Below are positions 8,431 through 17,417 of a DNA stretch of 64,000 nucleotides, one piece after another. The stretch comes from Aneurinibacillus sp. Its GTDB lineage: Bacteria; Bacillota; UBA5301; DYFA01. Numbering within the stretch: position 1 is the first letter of the stretch; the number at the start of each line of letters is the position of its first letter. A model generated the notes under the pieces. It searched no databases. It was not told the origin of the DNA and saw only the letters and a program-made list of their open reading frames with translations. The position numbers were made by a program, and so were the translations under genes. The DNA lies in contig DYFA01000045.1 in NCBI GenBank assembly GCA_020725425.1, positions 4,051 through 68,050 on the forward strand. Direction: 5' to 3'.

Positions 8431-9506
8431 AGGGCATCATCCTGGTCGGCGGCCGGGGAACCCGTCTCCGGCCGCTCACCTTCTTCCGCCCAAAACCGCT
8501 GGTGCCGCTGGTCAACCGGCCCTTCCTCGAGTACCAGTTGGATCTCCTGCGCCGCTACGGGGTGGAGGAGGTCATCCTGTGCGTCAACTATCAGGCGAAG
8601 AAGCTGATGCGCCACTTCGCCGACGGCAACCGGTTCGGCCTGACCATCCGCTACGCCGCCGAGCAGGAGCCGCTGGGCACCGCCGGCGCCCTGAAGAACG
8701 CTGCCGCCATGGTGGACACGGGGCCGGTGATCGTCCTCAACGGCGATATTCTGACCGATGTGGATCTCGAACAGGTGCTCCGGACCCACCGGGAGAGTGG
8801 GGCTTGGGCTACGCTCACCCTGGTCGAGGTCGACGACCCGACCCGCTACGGCCTGGTGGTCCTCGACCGCCGCGGGAGGGTCCAGCGCTTTCTTGAGAAG
8901 CCGAGCTGGGACGAGGTCACGGCCCGGACCGTCAACGCCGGCATCTACGTCCTGGAGCCGGCCGTCTTCGACTATATCCCCGCCGGGCGGGAAGTGTCGG
9001 TGGAGCGGGAGACCTACCCACAACTGCTCCAGCGCGGCGTCCCGGTGAGCGGCCACGTGGCCCGCTCCTACTGGCTGGACATCGGCACACCCGACAAGTA
9101 CCTGCAGGCTCACTGGGACATCCTGGAGCAGCGGGTCTCGGTCCCGGTGCCGGGCCGGGAGGTCTCGCCCCGCCTCTGGTTCGGGCAGGGCGCCGAGGTT
9201 TCACCCCAGGCGACGCTCATCCCGCCGGTGGTGCTGGGGGAAGGGGTCTCCGTCCGGGCCGGGGCGACCGTGGGACCTTACTGCGTGCTGGGGGACCAGG
9301 TGACGGTCCGGGAGGAGGCGTCGGCGGCCCACGCCGTCCTGGGGCGGCGGTGCGTCCTGGGGAGAGGGGCACGGGTCCAACAGGCCGTTCTCGATCAGGA
9401 GACCCGCCTCGAGGAGGGGGCCTGCGTGGACGGGCTGCTCGTGGCAGCCGGAAGTGTGCTCGGCCGGGGCACTAGGCCGGCTGGGTTACCAGGACCTCCG
9501 CGATGA
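8427..9506 (+). CDS. NDP-sugar pyrophosphorylase (mannose-1-P guanylyltransferase / glucose-1-P nucleotidyltransferase type) with a C-terminal left-handed beta-helix
   Basis: 359 aa. The N-terminus is GGRGTRLRPLT...KPLVP. The C-terminal half has hexapeptide-like repeats. Confidence 0.88.
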   Translation: MKGIILVGGRGTRLRPLTFFRPKPLVPLVNRPFLEYQLDLLRRYGVEEVILCVNYQAKKLMRHFADGNRFGLTIRYAAEQEPLGTAGALKNAAAMVDTGPVIVLNGDILTDVDLEQVLRTHRESGAWATLTLVEVDDPTRYGLVVLDRRGRVQRFLEKPSWDEVTARTVNAGIYVLEPAVFDYIPAGREVSVERETYPQLLQRGVPVSGHVARSYWLDIGTPDKYLQAHWDILEQRVSVPVPGREVSPRLWFGQGAEVSPQATLIPPVVLGEGVSVRAGATVGPYCVLGDQVTVREEASAAHAVLGRRCVLGRGARVQQAVLDQETRLEEGACVDGLLVAAGSVLGRGTRPAGLPGPPR

Positions 9507-9862
9507 AGAGGGTCAGCTCGGAAACGAGGTTGAGGTCGACCAACCGGCCCGTTGGTGAGCCGGACCACGGTTCCGTTGGGGTAGACCGCCACCGCCTCGC
9601 AGAAGGCCTTGACCACGGCCGGGTCGAAGAGGGTGCCCATCCCTCCCACCAGCGTCTCGAGGGTTACGTGAGGCAGGTAACGCCAGCGGTAGACGCGGTC
9701 GGTCGACATGGCGTCGAAGACGTCGGCCACCGCGGCGATACGGGCAAAGGGGTGGATGTCCCCGCCGTGGAGACCCTGCGGATAGCCGCTGCCGTCCAGG
9801 CGCTCGTGGTGCTCGTGGGCCACGATGGCCGGCTCCGGGCCGAGGTCCGGCCTCCCGTTCAA
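9395..9862 (-). pseudogene. HD-GYP domain remnant (5'-truncated, probably also frameshifted)
   Basis: Only the distal half of an HD-GYP domain is present (HHERLDGSGYPQGL...VADVFDAMSTDRVYR...FDPAVVKAF). The HD/HDIGK half would lie inside the upstream kinase gene. The tail runs as Pro/Arg-rich junk into the convergent gene. A 1-nt shift at 9545-9550 gives a stop at 9472. Confidence 0.6.
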
Positions 9863-9873
9863 GAGCAGCCTTC

Positions 9874-11619
9874 TCAGATCACCGTCAGCCGGGGGAGTTC
9901 TACATAAAACGTGCTCCCGCGCCCTTCCTCGCTTTCCGCCCAGATGCGCCCCCCGTGCTCCGTGACGATGCTGCGGCAGATGTACAGGCCCAGCCCGATC
10001 CCCCCGGGGTCGCAGCCCGCCAGGTTGCTCCCCCGGTAGAAATCGTGGAAGATGCTCTCCAGCTCGTCCTCGGGGATTCCCAGACCCTGGTCCGCCACAG
10101 CGATGAGGGCCCGCTTGTTCCGGAGCTCGAGGCGGACCTTCACCTCGCTCCCCGGCGGGGAGAACTTCACGGCGTTGCTCACCAGTTGGCGCATCACGTC
10201 CTCGAGCCGGCGGGCGTCGCCGTAGACCCAGGCGCTGCCCAGTTCCTCAAAGGTGAAGCGATGGTCCTTGTCCAGCACCATGAACGGTTCCAGAGCGCGG
10301 CGGATGACCTCCGCCAGGTCGACTGGCTCGCGCCAGACGGAGAGCCGGCCTTCGTGCGCGCAGAAGGCGTCCAACACCTCGTCGAGCAGGGACGAAAGGC
10401 GGTCGATCTCTTTTTCCATGACCTGCAGGACCTCGGATGCCTCTTCGGGCGGGACATCCCCCTTGGCCAAGCCCTGGCGGAGGAGGGAACAGGCCCCCTT
10501 GGCCGTGGCCATCGGATTGCGCAGGGCCGCGGCGGCGATTTCGAGAAACCGGCTGCGTTCCGACTCCAGTTCCTGAATCCGGTCGGCCATCTGGTCGAAG
10601 GCCCGCCCGGCCACCGCCAGCTCGTCCGCGCCGGTAAGCTGGACCCGCGCCTTCAGATCGCCCCGGGAGATCGCCAGGGCGGCCTGCTGCAGGGAGGAAA
10701 GGGGCCGCAGGAAGGCGTTGGCCAGGAAGAGCGCGCCCAAAAGGGAAGCGACGGTCACGAGGAGCAGCACCGCGATATCCCGGAAGGCATCGGACCAGGC
10801 TTCGCCGAGGACCTCGTCCACCTGGGCGGAGGCCATCGCCACCCAGCCGACGCGAGGAACGAGGATAAACGCGCCCATTCGCCGGGCGCCTTCGTAGGCC
10901 GCGCGGTAAGCGCGGGTGACCACCGCCTTCTTGCTCTGCAACACCTGCATTCCCGGCGCGTGAGCGGGGAGAGGCTTTCCCAGACCGTACCTTTGCGGGT
11001 CGTTGCTCCGGTAGGCGATCACCCCGTGGTGGTCCGCCAGCCCCAGGTTGCTCCGCCCGCTCCGTTCAACCGGCAGAACCAGACCCAGCCTGGACGGGCG
11101 AATCGAAGCCACCAGGAGGCCCAAGAGCTCCCCCTCCCGCCGGATCCCCCGGGCCACAAAGAACACCGGCTCCCGGCTGAGGCGGTTGACCACGAGCCCC
11201 GAAACGGCCTGGTCCTCCCCGCTGACAACCCGGCGCACGTGCTCCCGGTCCGCGCAGGACAACCCGCGCGCTCCGGCCTGCGTCCCTTCGACCACTATTC
11301 CGTCGGGATTCACCCAGGAGAAGCCCTCTACGGTGGGGTGGGCGTCGAGTTGGGAGATGAGGTAGGCCCTGACTCCTTCCGGGGGTAGCAACCCCGAGGT
11401 GATGGCGGTCCCCATGGCCAGCTCTGCATCCCACAGGTTCTCGAGATAGTTGATGAAGGCGGCGCTGGTGGCCTGGGCCAGTTCCTGGCTGGCCTGGAGT
11501 TCCCGCTGCGTCCGGCGCTCGAAGTTCCGGTAGATCCCCACCGCCTGGAGCGCGCAGAGGGGAACCAGCACCATGCCCACCAGCAAGAACAGCTTGCCCC
11601 GCAGACCAAGGCGCGTCAC
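9874..11619 (-). CDS. Sensor histidine kinase-like protein (TM / extracytoplasmic sensor / TM / HAMP / DHp / HATPase_c) lacking the conserved phospho-acceptor His
   Basis: The start is set at GTG 11619 (VTRLGLRGKLFLLVGMV), 7 nt after GGAGG. N, G1, F and G2 boxes are present (QLVSNAVKFS, DQGLGI, GGIGLGL). The H-box reads FLEIAAAALRNPMA instead of SHELRTPL. Confidence 0.8.
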   Translation of the reverse strand: MTRLGLRGKLFLLVGMVLVPLCALQAVGIYRNFERRTQRELQASQELAQATSAAFINYLENLWDAELAMGTAITSGLLPPEGVRAYLISQLDAHPTVEGFSWVNPDGIVVEGTQAGARGLSCADREHVRRVVSGEDQAVSGLVVNRLSREPVFFVARGIRREGELLGLLVASIRPSRLGLVLPVERSGRSNLGLADHHGVIAYRSNDPQRYGLGKPLPAHAPGMQVLQSKKAVVTRAYRAAYEGARRMGAFILVPRVGWVAMASAQVDEVLGEAWSDAFRDIAVLLLVTVASLLGALFLANAFLRPLSSLQQAALAISRGDLKARVQLTGADELAVAGRAFDQMADRIQELESERSRFLEIAAAALRNPMATAKGACSLLRQGLAKGDVPPEEASEVLQVMEKEIDRLSSLLDEVLDAFCAHEGRLSVWREPVDLAEVIRRALEPFMVLDKDHRFTFEELGSAWVYGDARRLEDVMRQLVSNAVKFSPPGSEVKVRLELRNKRALIAVADQGLGIPEDELESIFHDFYRGSNLAGCDPGGIGLGLYICRSIVTEHGGRIWAESEEGRGSTFYVELPRLTVI

Positions 11620-11766
11620 TGACCCACCTCCTGCGCCCCTAACCGGTTCCACGCCGAGTTGTGAGAATCCTCCCTCAGGGAGGAAGCCGCCGGGATCCGG
11701 ACGCAGGAAATGACCGTTAAGCGCGGAATAACCATCCCTTAACGACCTGCCCCTGGGGGCGCGGAG

Positions 11767-13077
11767 GTGGAGCGGTTGATCTGGAACCATGAGGAGTGCC
11801 TGCCCCGGGAGAAGTTGGCGACTGTACAACTCGAGCGGTTGCAGGCCACACTCCACCGGGTGTACGAGCGCGTGCCGTTCTACCGGCGGTCCTTCGACGA
11901 GGCGGGGGTGCACCCCCGGGAGCTCAAGACCCTGGCGGACCTGCGCCGCTTCCCCTTCACCACCAAGGCGGACCTGCGGGACAACTACCCCTTCGGCCTC
12001 TTCGCCGTCGACCGCAAGGAGGTGGTGCGCCTTCACGCCTCCTCCGGCACCACCGGCAAGCCCATCGTCGTGGGGTACACCCGCCGGGACCTCGAGACCT
12101 GGACCGAACTGGTCGCCCGCATGGTGACGCAGGCCGGCGTCCGGGCGGGCGACGTGGCGCAGATCGCCTTCAGCTACGGCCTCTTCACCGGCGGGTTCGG
12201 CCTGCACTACGGGCTTGAGCGGGTCGGCGCCACGGTCGTGCCGGCCGGCGGGGGCAACTCGGAGAAGCAGATCATGCTGATGCAGGACTTCGGCACGACC
12301 GCCCTGGTCTCAACCCCTTCCTACGCCCTCTACCTGGCGGAGGTAGCCGAGGCGATGGGTGTCGATCCCCGGTCGCTCACCGTCCGGCTGGGCCTCTTCG
12401 GCGGAGAGCCGTGGACCGAGGAGATGCGGGCCGAGATCGAGCGGCGGTGGAACATGCGGGCCACCGACAACTACGGGCTCTCCGAGGTGATGGGGCCGGG
12501 GGTGGCCGGGGAGTGCGAGGTGCGGGGCGCCGGACAACACATCAGCGAAGACCACTTCCTGGTCGAGGTGATCGACCCGGAGAGCGGGGAAGTCCTCGAA
12601 GAGCCCGGCGCCAAGGGGGAACTCGTCTTCACCAGCCTGACCAAGGAGGCCTTCCCCGTGGTGCGGTACCGCACCCGGGACATCTCCTCCCTTGTCCACG
12701 AGCCGTGCGCTTGCGGGCGGACCACCGTCCGGATGGCCAAGGTGACCGGGCGGACCGACGACATGCTGATCATCCGGGGGGTCAACGTCTTCCCCTCCCA
12801 GATCGAGTCGGTCCTGATTCAAATCCCTGAACTGGGCCCGCACTACCAGATCATCGTGGACCGGAAGGGTTACCTCGACGAACTCGAGGTCGTAGTCGAA
12901 CTCCTGCCCGATTGCTTCACCGACGAGTACGCCAAGCTCGAAGAACTCGAGAAGAAGGTGGCTCACCGTCTCCAGGGCGTCCTTTCCCTTAACGCCAAAG
13001 TCACGCTGGCCTCTCCCAATAGCCTCGAGCGGTTCCAGGGCAAGGCCAAGCGGGTCATCGACCGGCGGAAGGGGTAG
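11767..13077 (+). CDS. paaK: Phenylacetate-CoA ligase family (aryl-acetate/CoA ligase)
   Basis: 436 aa. Motifs are [20 protein letters not shown] ... [11 protein letters not shown] ... NYGLSE. Confidence 0.9.
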   Translation: MERLIWNHEECLPREKLATVQLERLQATLHRVYERVPFYRRSFDEAGVHPRELKTLADLRRFPFTTKADLRDNYPFGLFAVDRKEVVRLHASSGTTGKPIVVGYTRRDLETWTELVARMVTQAGVRAGDVAQIAFSYGLFTGGFGLHYGLERVGATVVPAGGGNSEKQIMLMQDFGTTALVSTPSYALYLAEVAEAMGVDPRSLTVRLGLFGGEPWTEEMRAEIERRWNMRATDNYGLSEVMGPGVAGECEVRGAGQHISEDHFLVEVIDPESGEVLEEPGAKGELVFTSLTKEAFPVVRYRTRDISSLVHEPCACGRTTVRMAKVTGRTDDMLIIRGVNVFPSQIESVLIQIPELGPHYQIIVDRKGYLDELEVVVELLPDCFTDEYAKLEELEKKVAHRLQGVLSLNAKVTLASPNSLERFQGKAKRVIDRRKG

Positions 13078-13235
13078 GCCGGAGCACCTAGGGCCAGTGA
13101 AGGGCCGGACCCGCGGCCGTGTCGCACAAATTGCCTGTTCAGACAGATTCCTGACCTTGGCAAGGGGTGGGCGTTATGTTTACATAATGTTCGAGGGGCG
13201 CGAAACCCCACCCTCTTCAAGAAAGGACGGGAACT

Positions 13236-14228
13236 GTGCGGAAACCGACGCGACCTGTGCTCTGGCTCGCCCTGGCGCTGGTGCTGGGATTGCCTCTCTG
13301 TGCCCTGGCTCTCACCCACGTCGTGGCCCCGGGTGATACCCTGTGGAAGATCGGACAGAAGTATAACGTCCCCCTGGAGGAGATCCGAACCGCCAACAAC
13401 CTGCAGAGTGATCTGATCTACCCGGGTCAGACCCTGGACATCCCGGAGCGCCCGGTGGACTACGCCCCGCTGCGCCAGCAGATGCTCGACTACCTGGCCA
13501 CCCAGCCGGCGGAGTACAAGGTCTACTTCAAGGACCTCATGTCCGGCAAGTCCTTCGGCATCGGCGAGAACGACTGGATGGTGGCGGCGAGCATCACCAA
13601 GGTGCCGACGGTGCTCTACCTCAACACCCTGGCCGCCCAGGGCAAGATCGACTGGCAGGAGAAGGTCACCTTCCGGGAGGAGGACCGCCAGGGGGGCGCC
13701 GGCATCCTGCAGAACTTCGTCAAGCCGGGGGACAAGTTCTCGCTGCGGGTCCTGGCCAACCTGTCCATCACCATCAGCGACAACATCGCCCACCGGATGC
13801 TCCTGCGCCGGCTCGGCAAGGACAATGTGGCCGCCTTCATGCGGAGCCTCGGCGGGCAGACCGTCTACCCCAACGGCCAGAACATCACCACCGCCCGGGA
13901 CATGGCGGCCTATATGGAGGGCGTCTTGGCCTTTTACCAGCAACACAAGGACCTGGGCCGGCGGCTCCTGGATGACATGGCGAACCCCATCTATCACGTC
14001 GGGCTTCCCGGCAAGCTTCCGGACAACGTGACGGTCGCTCACAAGGAAGGGGACGTCACCGGGGTGTCCAACGATTTCGGCGTAGTCTACGGGTCCCGGC
14101 CCTTCCTGATCGTGGTGCTTTCCAAGAACCAGGCCGATCCGGAGGCGGGTTTCGAGAAGATCGCCCACCTCACCAAGCTGGCCTATGACTATCAGGAGGC
14201 CCTGGCCAAGGCCGGTTACTGGTCCTAG
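13236..14228 (+). CDS. Secreted LysM-domain protein fused to a class A beta-lactamase-like serine hydrolase
   Basis: A signal peptide is followed by a LysM domain (HVVAPGDTLWKIGQKYNV...IYPGQTLDIP). SxxK (SITK), SDN (ISDNIA) and KxG (HKEG) motifs follow. Confidence 0.8.
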   Translation: MRKPTRPVLWLALALVLGLPLCALALTHVVAPGDTLWKIGQKYNVPLEEIRTANNLQSDLIYPGQTLDIPERPVDYAPLRQQMLDYLATQPAEYKVYFKDLMSGKSFGIGENDWMVAASITKVPTVLYLNTLAAQGKIDWQEKVTFREEDRQGGAGILQNFVKPGDKFSLRVLANLSITISDNIAHRMLLRRLGKDNVAAFMRSLGGQTVYPNGQNITTARDMAAYMEGVLAFYQQHKDLGRRLLDDMANPIYHVGLPGKLPDNVTVAHKEGDVTGVSNDFGVVYGSRPFLIVVLSKNQADPEAGFEKIAHLTKLAYDYQEALAKAGYWS

Positions 14229-14464
14229 CCCCGGACTCCGATCAACTGACCCAACCGCTCCTGGTTGAACCCGACAATCACCTCGCCGTCGACTGTGATG
14301 ACGGGCACGGCCAGTTGGCCGGAGATCCGGTAGAGCTCCTCGGCGTTGGCCCGGTCCTGCGAGACGTCGACTTCGCGGAAGGGGACGCCTTGCTCAGCCA
14401 AGTAACTCTTGGCCACCCGACACCACGGTCAGGTGGGGGTGGTGTAGATGGTTACCTCAGTCAT
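14225..14464 (-). CDS. Glutaredoxin-like protein (YruB/NrdH type), predicted selenoprotein with UGA-Sec at codon 12 (U-P-W-C redox motif)
   Basis: GGAGG-N6-ATG(14464) is followed by MTEVTIYTTPT-TGA(14431..14429)-PWCRVAKSYLAEQGVPF... The TGA sits where homologs have the first Cys of CPxC. The track ORF (63 aa from GTG 14416) lacks the motif. A hairpin follows the TGA. Confidence 0.75.
14395..14415 (-). promoter_or_regulatory. Candidate bacterial SECIS hairpin
   Basis: On the minus-strand RNA the element is UGA-N15-GCCAAG-AGUUA-CUUGGC (stems 14413-14408 and 14402-14397), extendable by two G.U pairs. The apical loop contains G and U and lies ~21 nt from the UGA. Confidence 0.6.
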
Positions 14465-15536
14465 CGCCTGCCTCCTCTCCCCGGTAGCCTTTCCTGTCGG
14501 GGCGGCGGGAATTCCGGAGGTGGAGGAGGAGCATGACCCCTCCGATAGCGAGGCCCAGGTAATACGCCACCAGCCGCCAGACCAGGACGAACAGTCCCAG
14601 GAACTTCAGCGGCACCAGCCGGGCGAAGAGCAGGGCGGAGCTGGTCTCCGCCGCCCCGCTGGAACCCGGCGTCGGAGCGTACGCCGCCACCAGGTAGAAG
14701 ACAGCCGCCACAGCGAGCACCTCCGCCCAGGGCGGATCCATCCCCAGTCCCCGGAGCACCATTACCGGCACCAGGAAGGTCACCGCCCAGACGAGCAGAG
14801 TGAGGAAGGCCGCCACCACCACGGCCGACCGCTTCTCCCGGTACAGGAGCGCCACGGACTCCCGGAAGTCGGCCGCTCCATGGCGGAGGCGCTCGCCGAG
14901 CCGCAACCGGAGGCGTTCCGACAGGAGGCGCGACGCCAGGCGGCTTTGAAGTAACCGCTGCGAGACCGCTTCAACGAGGAGGGGCTTGGCCGCAAGAAAT
15001 GCCAGGGCAGTAAGGGCGGCCACGTAGACTATGAGCCCGGCGCTCAGGAAGAGATTGACCCCGGTCGGCAAGACCCAGGTGCGGCGGGCCAGAAAGAGGA
15101 GGAGGGGAAGAACGATCGCCAGGAGCAGGCGAACCGCGGCCGAGAGCAGCGACTTGACGGCGATCACCGCGGTGGATTCTCCCAGCCGGATGCCGCTCTG
15201 GGCCAGAAGATAGATGGCCAGGGGCTCCCCGCCGGAATCGAAGGGAGTTACGCCGGAGACGAAGGTGGCCATCAGCGTGATGCGCAGGGCCTGGCCGAGA
15301 CCCAGGCGCGCCCCGAGCGGGCGGGCCATCACCTGCAGCCGGAAGGCGTCGAGGAACCACCCGGCGATCACCAGAACCGCAGCGGCACCGATGCACGCCG
15401 GCTTGACCTCGACCAGGGTACGGAGGGAGGAGCCGCCCCGGGCCAAGCCCAGGACAAGGAGGCCGCCCGCCACCCCGAAGAAGAGCGCTCCGGCTACGCC
15501 CCGGACCAGTCGGGGGAGCTGTGGTTGTCCGGGCAT
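14457..15536 (-). CDS. Polytopic membrane protein, flippase-like domain (UPF0104 / lysyl-PG synthase TM-region family)
   Basis: 359 aa from ATG 15536 (MPGQPQLPRLV), preceded by GGGAGGGGGTGA, with ~8 hydrophobic segments. The rest of the 750-aa track ORF is a shadow of iorA. Its last 8 nt overlap the Grx start (ATGACTGA). Confidence 0.65.
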   Translation of the reverse strand: MPGQPQLPRLVRGVAGALFFGVAGGLLVLGLARGGSSLRTLVEVKPACIGAAAVLVIAGWFLDAFRLQVMARPLGARLGLGQALRITLMATFVSGVTPFDSGGEPLAIYLLAQSGIRLGESTAVIAVKSLLSAAVRLLLAIVLPLLLFLARRTWVLPTGVNLFLSAGLIVYVAALTALAFLAAKPLLVEAVSQRLLQSRLASRLLSERLRLRLGERLRHGAADFRESVALLYREKRSAVVVAAFLTLLVWAVTFLVPVMVLRGLGMDPPWAEVLAVAAVFYLVAAYAPTPGSSGAAETSSALLFARLVPLKFLGLFVLVWRLVAYYLGLAIGGVMLLLHLRNSRRPDRKGYRGEEAGDD

Positions 15537-15671
15537 CCTTTCACCCCCTCCCATGATTCGTCCAGCGTCACCCGGTTCCTGCCCGCCGTAAAGCAGGTGT
15601 TGACCGCCCCGGCGACGAAAACCGGATGCGTTCGCTCTGGCAACCGAAAGTATCCGGATGGAGGTTGAGCG

Positions 15672-17417
15672 ATGAAGGTTCTGCTCTCTGGCAACGAAGC
15701 GATCGCCCGGGGCGCGTGGGAAGCCGGGGTGGGAGTGGCGGCGGCCTACCCTGGAACCCCCAGCACCGAGATCCTCGAGACGCTGGCCACCCTGCCGGAG
15801 GTCAGAGCCCAGTGGTCGCCCAACGAGAAGGTGGCCCTGGAAGTGGCCTACGGAGCCGCGGTGGCCGGCTCGCGGGCCCTCGCCGCGATGAAGCACGTCG
15901 GGCTGAACGTGGCCGCCGACCCGCTCCTCTCCGCCGCCTATACCGGCGTAAACGGGGGGCTGGTGGTCGTGACGGCCGACGACCCGGGGATGCATTCCTC
16001 CCAGAACGAGCAGGATAACCGGCACTACGCCCGGATGGCGAAGATCCCCTGCGTCGAGCCCTCCGACTCTCAGGAGGCCAAGGACTTCACCGCCCTGGCC
16101 TTCGACTTGTCCGAGGAGTTCGACACGCCGGTGCTGCTCCGCACCACCACCCGGATCTCCCACTCCAAGTCGCTGGTGGAGGTGGGGGAGCGGACTGCGC
16201 GCTTCCTCAAGGAATACGCGAAGGAGCCCTCCAAGTATGTCATCATCCCGGCCCATGCCCGGGTCCGCCATTCGGTGGTCGAGGCGCGCCTTTTGGATCT
16301 CGCCGACTACGCCGAGCGGACCCCCCTGAACCGGGTGGAGTGGCGCGACAAGCGGATCGGAGTGATTGCGAGCGGCATCTCGTACCAGTATGTGCGGGAG
16401 GTGCTGCCCGAAGCCTCCGTCCTGAAGCTCGGCCTCACCTTCCCGCTCCCGGCCGGGCTTATCGCCTCCTTCGCCGCCCAGGTGGAGACGGTCTGGGTGG
16501 TCGAAGAGCTGGAGCCCTTCATCGAGGACCAGGTCAAGGCGATGGGGATCCGCTGCCGGGGCAAGGACGCCCTTCCCCGGGAAGGGGAGTTCAACCCCGA
16601 CACGCTCCGCCGGGCCATCCTGGACACCGGGGCGCCGCCGGCCGGCCCCGCCCCGGGAAGCCCCGCCCTGCCGGTGCGCCCCCCCGTCCTCTGCCCGGGC
16701 TGCCCCCACCGCGGTGTCTTCTACGCCCTAAAGCAGCTCAACCTTACTGTCACCGGGGACATCGGCTGTTACACGCTGGGCGTGATGCCGCCGCTGGAGG
16801 CGATGGACACCTGCCTCTGCATGGGGGCCAGCATCAGCGCCGCCATCGGGATGGTCAAGGCCAACTCCGACCTGATCGGCCACACGGTGGCGGTCATCGG
16901 CGATTCCACCTTCCTCCACTCCGGGATGACCGGCCTGTTGGACGCCGTCTACAACAAGGCCCCCATACCGGTGCTGATCCTCGACAACCGGACGACGGCC
17001 ATGACCGGCCACCAGGACCACCCGGGCACCGGCCGGACCCTGCAGGGCGAGCCGGCCGCCGCCCTGGACTACCTGGCGCTGGCCAAGGCGCTCGGAGTGA
17101 AGCGGGTGAGCGTGGTCGACCCGCTCAACCTGGAGCAGCTCAAGGCGAGGCTGCGGGAGGACCTGGCAGCCGGGGAACCGGCGGTGATCGTCGCCCGGCG
17201 GCCATGCGCCCTGCTGTCCCGGAAGCCGGCCGCACCGCTGGCAGTCGACCCGGCGGCCTGCCGGATGTGCCGCTCCTGCCTGCGGATCGGCTGCCCGGCC
17301 ATCTCGGCGGCCGGCGGGACGGTGGCCATCGACCCGGGACTCTGCAACGGGTGCGGCCTCTGCGCCGGCGTCTGCAAGTTCAACGCCATCGGAAAAGCGG
17401 GGGAAGCCAGTGCCTGA
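15672..17417 (+). CDS. iorA: Indolepyruvate:ferredoxin oxidoreductase, alpha subunit
   Basis: 581 aa. Begins MKVLLSGNEAIARGAWEAGV...AYPGTPSTEI. It has a TPP-binding region and two C-terminal CxxCxxCxxxC ferredoxin motifs. Confidence 0.92.
   Translation: MKVLLSGNEAIARGAWEAGVGVAAAYPGTPSTEILETLATLPEVRAQWSPNEKVALEVAYGAAVAGSRALAAMKHVGLNVAADPLLSAAYTGVNGGLVVVTADDPGMHSSQNEQDNRHYARMAKIPCVEPSDSQEAKDFTALAFDLSEEFDTPVLLRTTTRISHSKSLVEVGERTARFLKEYAKEPSKYVIIPAHARVRHSVVEARLLDLADYAERTPLNRVEWRDKRIGVIASGISYQYVREVLPEASVLKLGLTFPLPAGLIASFAAQVETVWVVEELEPFIEDQVKAMGIRCRGKDALPREGEFNPDTLRRAILDTGAPPAGPAPGSPALPVRPPVLCPGCPHRGVFYALKQLNLTVTGDIGCYTLGVMPPLEAMDTCLCMGASISAAIGMVKANSDLIGHTVAVIGDSTFLHSGMTGLLDAVYNKAPIPVLILDNRTTAMTGHQDHPGTGRTLQGEPAAALDYLALAKALGVKRVSVVDPLNLEQLKARLREDLAAGEPAVIVARRPCALLSRKPAAPLAVDPAACRMCRSCLRIGCPAISAAGGTVAIDPGLCNGCGLCAGVCKFNAIGKAGEASA

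Noticed and set aside
13157-13188. Possible promoter (TTGGCA ... TACATAAT) upstream of the LysM/beta-lactamase-like gene.
   Set aside because: The spacing is 18-20 nt to poor -10 variants. This is not strong enough to report as a feature.
14457-16709. 750-aa minus-strand ORF.
   Set aside because: Only the last 359 codons are hydrophobic membrane-protein sequence with an SD-preceded ATG (15536). The rest is antisense to iorA.
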